NCBI GenBank assembly: GCA_973895155.1
Contig: OZ316898.1
Span: forward strand, 6,125,079-6,189,078
Length of the DNA: 64,000 nt
Direction of reading: 5' to 3'
Origin: Marsupella aquatica
Taxonomy: Eukaryota; Plantae; Marchantiophyta
The notes below the pieces were generated by a model that was not told where the DNA came from, searched no databases, and saw only the letters and a list, made by a program, of their open reading frames with translations. The stretch's first letter is position 1. Each line of letters starts with the position of its first letter. Shown piece after piece: positions 14,166 through 26,456 of the stretch. A program made the translations under genes and the position numbers.

Positions 14166-15346
14166 CCGACCGTCATGAGATGTCGACGTACTTTGTCTGG
14201 CAAGCGAGGCAGATGCACACAAACAAACCAATGAACGGCCCTTAAAATACATGAAAAAATCCAACGGCCAAGGATGGCTCCCGCCCTAAGCTCATTTCGT
14301 AAACGGACGAAACGCCAAAAAGGGCGGCATCGGTTATTATAGTGTTAGATACTTGCTTTTATCAATTGGTGCAAAAAGTACACAAGATGCTTTTAATGAT
14401 CAGAGCTTGCAACAATTGCATGCAGTACTCACATGCACTTATCCAGTTTGTAAGGGGCTGCACTTGACTTTAGGGTAAGGAGGTTAGGGCTCGGACCTGA
14501 CAGCAGGTTCATGACATCACAGATGGCACTACATTGAGCAAGCAGGTTAGGGTGGAGGTGGTCTAGTCCTAGCCCTAATTTCGTTCTCAATTGCTTGAAT
14601 TGCATCATGTGCTGCACTCTGTAATTGTACACATACCTAGAACTGCGTAGACTTAACACCTGCATTCTTGGGTTGTGAAAACCTTGGATAAGTGCAGGCT
14701 CAGGGCATCTTCTTTGGAACCTGCACTTAGACACAGTAGATTGCACATTACGCTCCAAATTGAAGGGCCTTGCTATCAAAGCACCATTCAAGTGGATAAA
14801 TGTTGATGTTGGGCATTAGTGAATGTAAGAATGCCCTTCAAGGGCTGCCTGGACCATTGTGCTATCTCAGCCACAAAATTAGCTGGACACATAAAATCCA
14901 AACCATATACCAGCCCACCTGACCAAAGGTTATGGTCACAATAAGCTGAACACTATGCATTCCTGTTTTGGCAATACTGTGTAAAAGATGGTCTTACAAT
15001 ATGTTTGGGGCCATTTTTGGGCCCCCAAGACAACAACTAAACAAACCCAAGCAAAAAATAAAAAATCCAGATGATTTAGATTTAGCTAAAGTACTCCATC
15101 TAGGGCATTCTCCCAATTTGGAAATCCCTCAGGCTGAGAGTCTAGTGCTTTCATTTGGCCATCATGGGAGGGCTTTATCTTACACATGAGGGCTTTATCT
15201 TACAATATGTGTTCCTTTCTGGTGGGAACTTTTTCTCTCGTAGGGAACTTTATCAGTTAGCTATCCAACTTAAGCTTTGCTAGGGATGATGACAACCATG
15301 ATGACATCCTGAGAGGTGGTAGCAAGGCCATGGCGAGGGACACACC

Positions 15347-15347
<1 letters not shown>

Positions 15348-15383
<36 letters not shown>
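15348..15383. repeat. (GA)n microsatellite
   Basis: Run of about 17 GA dinucleotides. Confidence 0.9.
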
Positions 15384-15386
<3 letters not shown>

Positions 15387-17899
15387 TCAGTTGTCAGGGG
15401 TGGATCATCCCTCTCAGAGCATGTGAGAGTCCCTAAAGACGCTCTTAGAGGGAAAGGGACACTAATGTGACCATGGGTTACTCCAAGGGTCCCTTCGTAA
15501 TCCTCACACACTGGCATGTCTTTAGGGAGACAGAAGAGATTGCATCCTTCTAAGGCAATCCGCCAATGAAAAACTGGCATAGGGTATCCCATAGGGTTGC
15601 ATCAGAATCCTGGTATTGAACAGAAAACCAAAGATACTGTTCCTGAGGAAGGGACAGATGATACTAATTTTAATAAGAAGAAAACTTTGTATTCCATAAG
15701 TTGAACAAGCTAAACCTCAATAGCCCTTCCCCTTGAATTTCCAGTATTTCAAAATTGCCTGGTGGAAGAGTGGGCTTTTGGAAGCCAGAATGATATCAAC
15801 AAAGGAACTACAGTACTTATAGGCTCTTCTACTGGATGGCTCTAATAAGGCAACCCCATAATTTAATGCTACCTTTCTGGTGTGAACTTCACTCGTTATC
15901 CCTCACAGATTATTTTATATAACAGTGTCGACAAAAAACACTGAATTTGGAGACATGATCCCAAAGATCCCCTACGAAGGCAGGGAGACGAAACAGGTGA
16001 CCCAATATATAAAATGCAGAAAACAAAAGAATATCCCATGTAGACCAGAGGAGCCAAACGCCCTACAAAGGCCAAAATTAAGCTTTACAGTGGGGATGGC
16101 AAGGGAAAGATCACATCCTCACAGTGGAGCAAGGGCCATCAGGCCACGGCAAGGGGGCAAATGAGGCAACCGGGGGGAGGAGGGGGGGGGGGGGGGGCGC
16201 TCTGGTTGGGGGCATAATAGCGTGGACTAGGACTAGCAACGCTTGCATGACATGAAGAGAGAGGGCAGGCAGGGAGACCATGGGTGCTGGTACGCCTGAG
16301 GGCAGACGGGTCGTTGGATGAGGGTGTGGTGGAGGTGGTGGTGGGGTAGGGAGTGGGGGTGGTGATGCCCCAGGGTGGTGGGGGACGGTGGAAGCTGAAG
16401 AAAGTGCGTGGACGGGGAAGATTCGTCATCTGCTTCTTTCTGCCCATACTCGTCTCCCCTTCGTCTCTCTAGTGACTGCTGTGTGACCTTTTTCTATCTC
16501 TCTCTCTCGCGCGCTCGCTCTGCCTCTCTCTCTCATCTCTACGTGTGTCTCTCATGTCTCTGCCAAATGTTGTGCGGCACAAGAAGAGGATTGAGGTTGT
16601 GCGTGCCCCTGCTGCTCCTGCTGAGCTGCTGCTGATCTTCTGGCATGGCATCCTGCAGATGATGACATAATTTCGCTAAACCTATCTCTGTCCTTGGTTT
16701 GAGGAGTGAGGGTAAGGCTGGGACTCAAGGGAGGGGTTGTTGTGGCGAGAGGAAGGGGTAGCTACAGTTCCAACAGCGTAAACGTAATCCATCCTGCTCT
16801 GCAAAGCGGAAAAGCGTCCAGCCCTGCAGCAGACTGATTATTGAACATCACCAAACACCACCCTGTGTGTGAGCGAGAGAGCGAGAGCGAGAGCGAGAGA
16901 GATTGCTCACACCCTCGGCCGTGTGGTCCTCGACTGCTACTGCCACTGAAAACGTGCAACCCTATCTCATATCATATCAGGCATTCTTTCAGGGAGGGAG
17001 GGAGGCAGGCGGGGAGACGAGGCAAGGAGACAGACACAGGAGGCGACTGTTTATTTTTCCATTATCTGAAGACCGTTCATTGTTTGAGGCCACCGAAAGG
17101 AGTAGAGAGGTGGAGCGCGGAGTGGGACGTAGGTGAGAGCGAATCGGAGCGGAGCGGAAGGGAAGGGAAGGGAAGTGAAGACGGAAGGGAGAAGGGGGAG
17201 GAGGAGTTTGAGGACGAGGGGTAGTGGGAATGGAATGAAGTGCTCCATTGATTTGTAATATCGTCGTCGGCTACGACTGTATTTGTTGGCGAGGAATTGA
17301 AAAATTCCCGCAGAGAGAACAGTTGCATGGTGGGAAACGACGAAGATTTTTATTGCGCGGCGTGGATTCTGAGAACTGGCAGTGGCAATTTTTTTCCCCA
17401 GCATTATTTGAGGAAGAAAGGCTTTGTTCTTGCAGGTCGGTGCTGCGATTTGTCTCTGTAACGGATGCCGCTCGTCCTCGGTTTTGCCATGCGACGCGAT
17501 GTGTTAATTAGATAGATATAGAATAGAAAGAGTTAAAAGTGAGACTCACCGTCAACGGAGCCAGCCACCTTCGATTGATTGGAGACGAGGGTTGATTGTC
17601 GCGTTTCCGTCCTCCCTTCTTTCATTGGTCTCGTGTTGTAGTAGCAGCAACTGTGCTGGTTCCCAAATTTTACGAATTCAATGTGTGTGGTCTTCCTTCG
17701 TCAGCCAGCCGCATGACAAATAGAGATGGTGCGGCATCATCTTACAGCGGCGAGATAGCGAGAGGTGAAGAAGCGGAAGCGCAACAAGCTAGGGCGGCGG
17801 AGAATTCTGTGGAATAGTATTGTTGTCGAGATAATTCTGGCGTAACGATACGTACCTTGGGGGTATTCAGGCAGAGGGAGCGTACATGTGGCCTTAGCG

Positions 17900-20800
17900 A
17901 TGGTGGCAACGAAACGAGTCCCCTTAGCAGAGGTCGATAATGGAAAGGAGAGTAGAAGGGTGGCGGGGGGTACTATTGATGGAGTAGGAGGAGGGGGAGG
18001 CTCCATAGATCCTCTTGGGGGCTTCATCTTCGTCTGCAACAATGACACTATGGGCGAGGACTTCGAGCGCCACCTTTTTGGTAAGTTCTTCTTAAACCCC
18101 GACGACTCTGTTTTTCTACCGGCAAGCCGCCTGCTGTTCGAGCTTAAAAATTGCTGCTCACTGCTATCTCCGTCTGGCGTCGCATGGCTTATTGCGGAAG
18201 TCGGTAGACGACTTGTCGCTGCTGGCCGACCGCCTGCGAGCCTTCTCTGAACATTGATTCCTCGGCCGAGATATTTTATCAGCTAGCGACTCTCAAATGG
18301 CCTCAAATTTGTCCTTATGTTGGGACGACCTTTTGAGAGAACGTTGTCAGTTTTCCAGAACATATGTAGTTAGAATTCCGACGGTACTGTTTGAGCTGGG
18401 GCATTGCCTCTAGACCCGCATTAGGAATGCAAGCTGTTGGGAGTGTTTTAATTCCTAGGCTCGCCGTTTCCGCTTCAAAATTTGAGTAGGTTTAGTTCAG
18501 GGACGACGACGTTGTTAAGGAAATTCTGGCTTGCGTCCAACTTCCTCAAAAAGTGACGAGTGAGCCAATACTCGTTTTGATAGTTCGGCGAATGGCGTGA
18601 CCTCAATCCCTGCTCACTTTCGGAGCTTCATGATCATACTCCGGATTCGACTACCTTTATGTGCAGTGATTGCATGCTTAATGTTTATTTGATGTAGATT
18701 CCAAGTTTTGTGCTGTCTTCTTGATGGTGTCGTTGGCATGTGCCTGTCGTTGCTCGATTTCTCTGTCGCGGCTCACAGACTTGAACATGTAGAGGTTGAA
18801 CGTGTGGTTCTTAAAAGCAGGATTGTCAGGTTCTTGGTCATGTGTGCGGAACTCTTGTTATGCATATAGATTGGGGGTTCGGGGTTGTCTCTCTTGGATG
18901 AAAGGTTTTAGGGGTCCAGGATTTATTAGATAAGGTGCTGTAGAGAGGGGCTGCCCAGTGCTCAATTCCGACAGTCATGAGGAAAGTATCCCAAGTGTGC
19001 CCAACATTTGTGCCCGGTATTTCATTATTGCGGTGTTTCAACCTAACAGTAATACGACAAAGAGCAGAGGACACCCGTCGCGGCATTTTGGACTGATTTG
19101 TGCTCAAATTTCTGGCGAATAGGCACTTTTGAATTTGTCTTCACAAATCGTAAATAACATGACCAGTATAAACCAAGACTTGGAGATTCGCCCCATGGAT
19201 GTAGATTGCAAGAGAACATGAGGCGACACCATGAGAGATTATCTGAATGCCCTGGTATTTTAATTCTCATGGGCAGGGACTCCCACGACTCATGGTTTGT
19301 GGTGAATGTCATGCAGGTTTGCCGCAGAGATATCAGGATTCTGTGAAAGCTATCCAGCCAGGACTACCACTTTTTCTTTACAACTATTCAACGCGTTGCC
19401 TGCACGGTGTTTTTGAGGTGATTTTCCATTCCTTGTAGGTCTCACACCTTGCTTAGTTCCTCTTCCAGTGATGCGTGAGAAGAAAATCTCGTATGGGTTG
19501 AGATATTCCTACTTTTTTCCTAGTCAACAAGTTTCGAACCTTCTGGCTTGAGCTTGCTTGTAGTTTGAACTTTCTTCCTGGGAATTTTGGGCAATGTTCT
19601 CGCTCTGCGGTTTTAATCCTCTTAAGAGGGGTGGCCTCGTACAAGTGTCGGTCCTTATGAACGAATGAAGCCCGCAGTCGGATAGGGTCATTGCTTGCTA
19701 TCAGTGTCCTTTGTTGGTTGTGTTCGTTTTTTACCAGAATTTGTAGCTTTTAGAAGGTATGAGGTCTAAGACGTTCGGAGTCAGATTGCCGGTTTCTACA
19801 GCGAGCTCAATTCCATCAGTATTTTGGGGTTTAAGCTCGAGATGCGTGTAGTTACACAACTTTTAAGAATTTTACCCTTGAGATGATTCTGTTAAACCCT
19901 CTGCTTTACCTGTGACCCAATTGCCCCTATGTTAGTCTGCCTAAACATCATATCGTAGTAGTCAGGTGGACTTAGAAACTGAAAGGATTATTCTTTAGCT
20001 ACGTATGTCTCTGATTTCGACTACGTTGAAAGGCTCACTTAACATGGCTGTGAGATGTACTGTGAGCGTCCTTTGTGGTTTAATTGATTCTCACCTGTAG
20101 TTGATGCCAGTGCTACTTTGCCTGATTGTGCCTGTACGTCTGTTTCTCTCCCTTCTTCAAACACTTTTACCACTTGGTTGGAATAACAACTTTAGACTCA
20201 GGCTGGCCCAAGATTCTGCCGGTTAGTTGTCAGGCAGCAACGGGTGGAGCCTACTTGTTAGCTTTGTGGACAAATGCTTGAGGTAGTAGTACACAACCTG
20301 TTGTAGAATCCTTGGGATTGTCATAGAAGCAAGAGCCTTTCTCATGTTATGGAAGCTGGTCTAAGTTTGGGCCATGTCACCAAGAAAGCTCACTGTCAGT
20401 TGTTTGGATTTGAGAAGGCTTCAAGTGATGGTGGCTTGAATATTGAACCGGATGCATTTGGGGAAAATAAGGAGTCCCGAAAGAACGGAAGGCAATCTAT
20501 TTCGAGATTTCCTGCTCAGGTAAATATCTAGACCGGGAGGTGAAAGGAGAACTGACATTGTTGGAACACGCTGTATTGATGAATAATGGCGCCAGCTAAT
20601 TCAAGTCCCAAAGTCAGCTGATTTCCTGCCGTCTCTGAACTTTCCAATACTCTTCTTCAATTATTTATTGCGCATAGCAGGACGGCCTTGAAGAATTTTC
20701 TGGAAATCTATGTTTGTAACTGAGTGGCCTTGGAGCCTCATCAATGCCAATTTCTCTAGTCATTTTGAAGAGCTGTGTTCTATGCCGTTGAAAAATCTTA

Positions 20801-23800
20801 ATAAATCTAACACTTTTTGCAGGTGAGAGTGAGGTGGCGAGAAGAGAGACCACCTCTTGGTGAAGAAAAATTTCGACCAGTTCTTTATCACTATGATGGA
20901 TCGAAGTTCAGACTTCAGCTTTCAAAATCTGAGGTAATTCTGTCTTCGCGGTGTATAGCCATAGCTTGGAATTACTTTTTCGCTGTGGTGGGTCTCATTC
21001 CTATAGAAATATTTCGATTTTGAATTTTGGATCATTTTTTAGGCATAGTTGGTGTTCAGAGAGATGTTACAGTGATTCAATCCGAAGTATTGCGCAACCA
21101 CTATGGTTTCTCCTGATTCTGATTCCTACTGGTCTGCCCAAATTTTGGCTTCATTCAGGCGCAGGAGCTTCTTAAATTATTCGGGGCCTCACCTGTGAGG
21201 AAGATTGAGGAAGTGCCAGAGGATACTGGTGGAGAATGGGAGAAAGTGAAGACCAAAAGTAAAGGAGGCCGTGGTTTTCGTGGCGCTCCTCTTGCTAAAG
21301 GACCTACTTCTCCTAACTCAACTGGTGGAAGAAGGCGAGGAGCAGCTCAAAATAGTTCCAGTAGCAATGGAGGTGCCTCACTTTCTGGTTTTAATAATTT
21401 TGTACATGAGGCAGTAGGCCGAGGAAGAGACCGTGATAGCAAAACTGATAGTGCCCAGCGATGGCGGACTGATTCGGACTCATGGAGTGGATCTTCAAGT
21501 GCGGGTACAACATCTTCCAATTCTGGTTTACTTGAGGAAGAACGGTCAAAGAAATTGCCACATGAGAATGGATTTGTTGTTGAGATGGGCGAAGGTGGTG
21601 GGTTTGTTAGTGGTCCGGGCTTTGATGGAATCAACGGGGTATCCACCTCTAAGAGCTTCATTCATTCAAACGGTAATCATGTGGAGGATGAGCAGAGAGT
21701 GGAGATTAGACTAATGGAAGACGACTCAAATGAGTTAAATGGGTTTAGCATCAATGCCATAGGGGGAGCAAGTTCTAATTCCCGTTCCGGTTTTGTATCA
21801 TATAGTGCCGCTTTGAAAGCTGGTATGTTAGCTTCAGCAGCAGCTGAAAATGGTTTTGGAGAAAGTAATGTTGTATCTGCGCCTGCAGAGCATGCGGTTT
21901 CGCCAAATAGTAATTTGGGAAATCGGAGTAGTACGAATTCTTACAGCAGTGCTGCAGCGGCCGCTAATGTGTCCCCTTCTAGCCTTAACAGAATCACGAA
22001 GGGGGATGTTTCTGTGGACGCTGTAGATGGCCCGACCCAGAAAGTAGGTGGGTTGAATAAGGCTCGATTGAATGGTGAAGGGGTGGCTAGTAATCATGTG
22101 AAAGCCAGCCCTGTATTTGGAGTCGACATTGGAAAACAAGAAATGAAGGCTGACATTGGGACGAATGGAGATGGAACTGCTAAGAGAGCACAGCCATGGG
22201 GCAAGCCTATAACTGCTAGATCTAGTCTCCCAGAAGTTGGCTCTGTACAGAGCACTGCGATCGGAGACAAGCCGAAGGCCACGGTGAAAACAGCCGGTGA
22301 TGCTTCCTCACCGCCCAAGAAGCTTGCTAAGGATGTTTTGAAGAATGTTGTCAGTGAGGGAGAAAATGGCGACACTAGCTCTGGAAATGGGCGCCCTGGA
22401 CACTCAGAAGCAAAGGAGAATGCAGGAAAGCCTGCAGATCCTATTGTCAGGAAGAATGCCTGGCAGGGTAATGATGCTGCTGTTTTGCGGCTCCTGCACG
22501 ATCCAGATCCAGCAGTGAATAGCTCTCCAGTGAATGGGGAGACCACTGCGCAGGGAGCGGAATCAGAGGTGCCGAAAAAGCAAGAGAAGGACCAGATGCC
22601 ACCTCAGCAACCTCAAGAGATTGCTGTGCTGTCTTTAGCGGAGAAGGGTGACACTGATGGCCGTCCAGCACAATTGTCAAAACACTTCCCAAATTCTTCA
22701 GGTACATTGCTCCCTCATGGGTCGCAGACGAGGGCAGTTCCACAGGAAGGACCTCCATTTCAGCAGGGCCGGCCTGTTCACGAATCAAGGAAACAGCAAT
22801 TGGATAGTCAGAAACATGACAAACATCAAGAAGACAGGGCACACTTCAGGAAGCAGCAAGGTCACCCTCAAGAGCATCTGCAACATCCACCCTCAATGTT
22901 GCACACACAAGCTCATCAAATTGGGCAAGGCTTAATGCCCTTGCACATTCCTACTCCCTCTTCCCCAGGATTGCAGCAACATCACCACCATCCTCTCTTA
23001 TCCCCATCGCCTCAGCTATATCGGGACCGTTCTCGATCTCGTGCAGGGAATGGCAATGTTGAGAATGTTCATTACAGACCTATCAGTAGGAATATGCTTG
23101 ACGGGGACGTGGCACTGCAGAGCCCACTCGTCCCAGGGAGCTGGGGGTTGCAGTCCCCAGTGCTCTTGATGCAGCCAGTGATTTCCCCAGTCACTGGTGG
23201 GTTTACATTTCCCCCACCTGCCCCTCATCTGCTCGTCAATGTGGAGGCCCTCCATGCTGAGATATTGGAATTTGCCCAGGCAGCAACTCCTTCAGCTGAG
23301 GCTCGAGTGCATGCAGAGGCGGCTGTTGAATGTGTTCGGAGCAGTGTCAAGCTGTTATGGCCTGAAGCAGATGTGGAGGTAAGTTTTTCGAGCGTAGTAT
23401 AACCCCTTTTTTTTCTTCTATAAGGTACTTCGTAGACTGATTCAAACTTCGAGGGGTCAATACCTAGACGTATAGAAGTGTGATTTAAAACACCAAGTAT
23501 TGTTAAGAAAATTTCTTTGTTTTAACTCTTTTCTGCAAAGTATCATACTAGGAGGCGTGAATGGGGGATTGTTTCCTTGAGATATTGTGAGGGACTATGG
23601 TTTAGGGCTCAGGATCAAATTTGAAAGTATCTAATATTACTCTTCATGCTTTGACAGGTTTTTGGTTCATTTGCGACAGGCTTGTGTCTTCATCACAGTG
23701 ATGTGGATGTGGTGGTAGTAGATGCACCTCCACCCGAAGAGGTCCTAGGAAACCCGGCTTTGTCTGGAGCACGATTGTTGACTCCTTTGATAAGGGCTCT

Positions 23801-26456
23801 TGCTTCTGCCCTTAAAGAAAATGATTGGTGTGAGGGTATTAATACAATTGAGACTGCTTCAATGCCTGTCATCAAGCTCCGTTGTAGCCCAATTGCAGAG
23901 GGTGTCCCTGCTAGTACGCCCGTAGCTATTGATATCACAATTGGGGGGAAAAGATCTGAGAGTTTTGCAGGGATTCGTCAAATTAGTGTACAAAAGGAAG
24001 GAGGTCCGAGTAAACCAGTGAACCACAGGTTCGAGGCTGCAAGAAATGCCCACAATGGAGCTGCTGCAAGAGAGTTCGTAATCGAGAGACTCAGACAACT
24101 TCCAGCTCTCGCACCTTTGGTAAGTTGGTTTGAAATGCTGCTTCGTTCAGTTTTTTGCTGTTTAGTTTGTCCAATATCTGGTGGCGGCCTAAGTATGTTA
24201 AGGAGGTTTCTCTAATAGACACGTTTTTCTGTTTCAGGTTCTGCTTCTGAAAGCGTTTTTGAGATGCAGAAGTCTTAACGATGTCTATTCTGGAGGGCTT
24301 GGATCATTTGCCTTGACCTTGATGCTTGTTTTCTACCTAGAGGTAATGAAGTTTTCTCGTTTCATATCTTTGAGCAAACCCACATCAGTTTCGGCAAAGT
24401 TTACGATGGGGGCTCCGTGAGTTTTCCTGGAGTCAAGGCGTTGAGTAAGTTGCAATCTTTTGGTTGGGTAGATCTCTATTGAGGTTACTTAATCTTGGCT
24501 TTTTGCCAAGGTTCTGGTCTTAATTGTTGCAAATCAGTGGGTATCAAACTGATGGTCATTTGATCACATCTCCGTTTCTCCAATTGGAAATGTTATTTGA
24601 GCGTGTGGTCGTTAATGTCTCCGTGAAAGTCCTTTGCTTTCCTTGATATAATTCTCCGCTCTATCGTGTACTGATACTTTGAATTCCTGTCTTCAGCGAG
24701 CACCAGTTTCATGCGGCATTCCTCAAGAAATCATTCGTTCATCAACGTCTTCTTCTCCAGCAACTGGTGAGGTTTCTCCTAAAACAAACGTGGAGACCTC
24801 TTTTCATGTAGATGGGGAGACCTCTTCGCAACCGAACAAAGAGACTTCTTCTCAAGTAAATGGCGATGCCTCCTCTCAAACGAATGGGGGAGCTTCTGCA
24901 GCAATTCAGGAGATTCCATCTCCAGTAAGTGGGGAGAACTCTTCTCTAGGAAATGATCTGATTTCTTCCTCAGTGAAAGGGAAGTTTCCTTCCTCCGGGA
25001 AGGGGGAGAGTCCTCCAGCAACCGGAGATATTCTTTCTCCAGTCATTATGGAAATTCCTTCTCCAGCAAACGGAGAGACAAGTGCTTTATCTGTCGACAC
25101 ATCTCAGGCTTCAGGAGCTATGGCAGAGTCAATGGACTTTTCTGACGACGAGTCTTCTGATTCATCTGTTCTGACCAGCACTTCAGCTTCCAGCATGGTA
25201 TCCATGGAAGGGGCATCTCATCATGGGGAAATTGCTCCAGTGCCTATGAATTCCTCAAACGAGGAGCCTCTGCTGAGGAAAGCAGGAGGCATTGTGGAGG
25301 AGTTGCTGACCTCTATGTATTCTGTTGCCTCCCCAAATCTCGGGACGCTGTTGATTGGATTTCTGCAGCACTTTGGCACGGAGATTGATTTCTCTCGAGT
25401 TCGTCTTGTCTTGAAGGTACGGCTACTTTCATGGAAGATATAGCTCATTCCAGATGCCAGCTGTCTGTCCAACCAGTCCGACTAAACTTGTTTGAGCTGG
25501 CCACAATCTATTGTTCTTTATGTTATAGACAAACCAACCTATCACTATTTGTAAGGGTTTGATATAAAATATATGTTTTCCGAGCAGTTGTGCGCAGTGT
25601 TTCTGATGCATATTCTAGAGATATGCGATGAACCATCGTTTGGACAGATGTGCATAGCACTAGTAACAAATGACTCCAGTAAGCGATGGATTGGTTTCAA
25701 TTTAGCCAATTTTTGGTCGTCGTTGTAACGAGAGTTCGATCGAATTCTAGGGAGTCTGAGGAGGAAATGAATTAATGTATGTGACTTGTCTTGTAGGGGA
25801 AAAATGGAAATCCAGGAGGTATGTTCTGGCATGAGAAGAATGCAAGAACTTTACCATTGTGTATTGATGATCCCTTGCGACCAGATGCCGCAATTGGAGC
25901 AGGATCTTTCAACATCTGGCAAGTGCAGGTATGTTAGCATTCAAACCAAATGCATACCGTAGAATTTCCCTAGCACTGTCCTTGTCCACTATCATGTCAT
26001 AGTTGTTGCTAATCAATGTATTTTGACATCCGTTTGGTCAGTCCCAGCATCAGTTTTGCTAGACAATTTTCCAAACGCAAGTCAACATGGCCGATCCTCC
26101 TGGGGACTAGTAAATCATTAGTTGAATATGAACTCCAGATATTCAAAAGAATGAAATGTGGAATATAAACCGAGGCTCTGAGACACGAAAGAATAATTCG
26201 ATTCTAAGGCTTCCGTTGAAAACGCTAGATTTGTATTGTAATCTTGCGTAATGACTTTCTGTGACAGTTTTTTTCTCATCGATGATTTTTGGTCCTGTGA
26301 CAGGCTTCTATGCGTGACATGTATTCTGTAATAGTGAGACCTCAGCCAGTTGGCAGCAACCATCTCTCTGATGGTGAAAGGATTGGAAAGGGCCCTGGAC
26401 GGAGGCGACATGTATCTCTTTTGCAGCAGTTTTTGGTAAATGACATGTACCCTTGA
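17900..26456 (+). CDS. DCD-domain / Trf4-PAPD5-like non-canonical poly(A) polymerase (terminal nucleotidyltransferase) fusion, 10 coding exons, ~1428 aa
   Basis: Exons 17900-18080, 19317-19417, 20418-20519, 20823-20933, 21159-23378, 23658-24119, 24238-24342, 24697-25416, 25797-25928, 26304-26456; all GT-AG and phase-compatible. DCD motifs GGFIFVCNNDTM..RHLFGLP, PGLPLFLYNYS..LHGVFEA..GG.NIEP.AF, SRFPAQVR, FRP.L.HYDG.KFRL.L. NTase motifs LHAEILEF, EVFGSFATGL..SDVDV, IDIT, LLKAFLR.R.LNDVYSGGLGSF, NLGTLLIGFLQHFG, LCIDDPL. The last exon is the least certain. Confidence 0.88.

Larger units (their letters stand above)
6538..14349 (-). mobile_element. Full-length Helitron (rolling-circle transposon), 7.8 kb
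   Basis: On the minus strand: A|TCTAACACTATAATAA 5' end at 14349; 3' end ...CGTGCAACGCACAGGCATGGGGCTAG|T with subterminal GTGC-AAC-GCAC hairpin, ending at 6538; inserted between A and T; encodes RepHel. Confidence 0.93.

Noticed and set aside
13014-14264. Long overlapping ORFs (303-345 aa) in several frames
   Set aside because: By-product of GC-rich tandem repeats lacking stop codons; Pro/Ala/Arg low complexity and no domain
14281-14335. Possible hammerhead ribozyme (GGACGAAACGCC...GGCG)
   Set aside because: No CUGANGA core, and the cleavage triplet reads GGC rather than NUH; kept only as a stem-loop
15230-15603. Possible solo LTR ending in GGTTGCATCA
   Set aside because: No matching opposite terminus or TSD found
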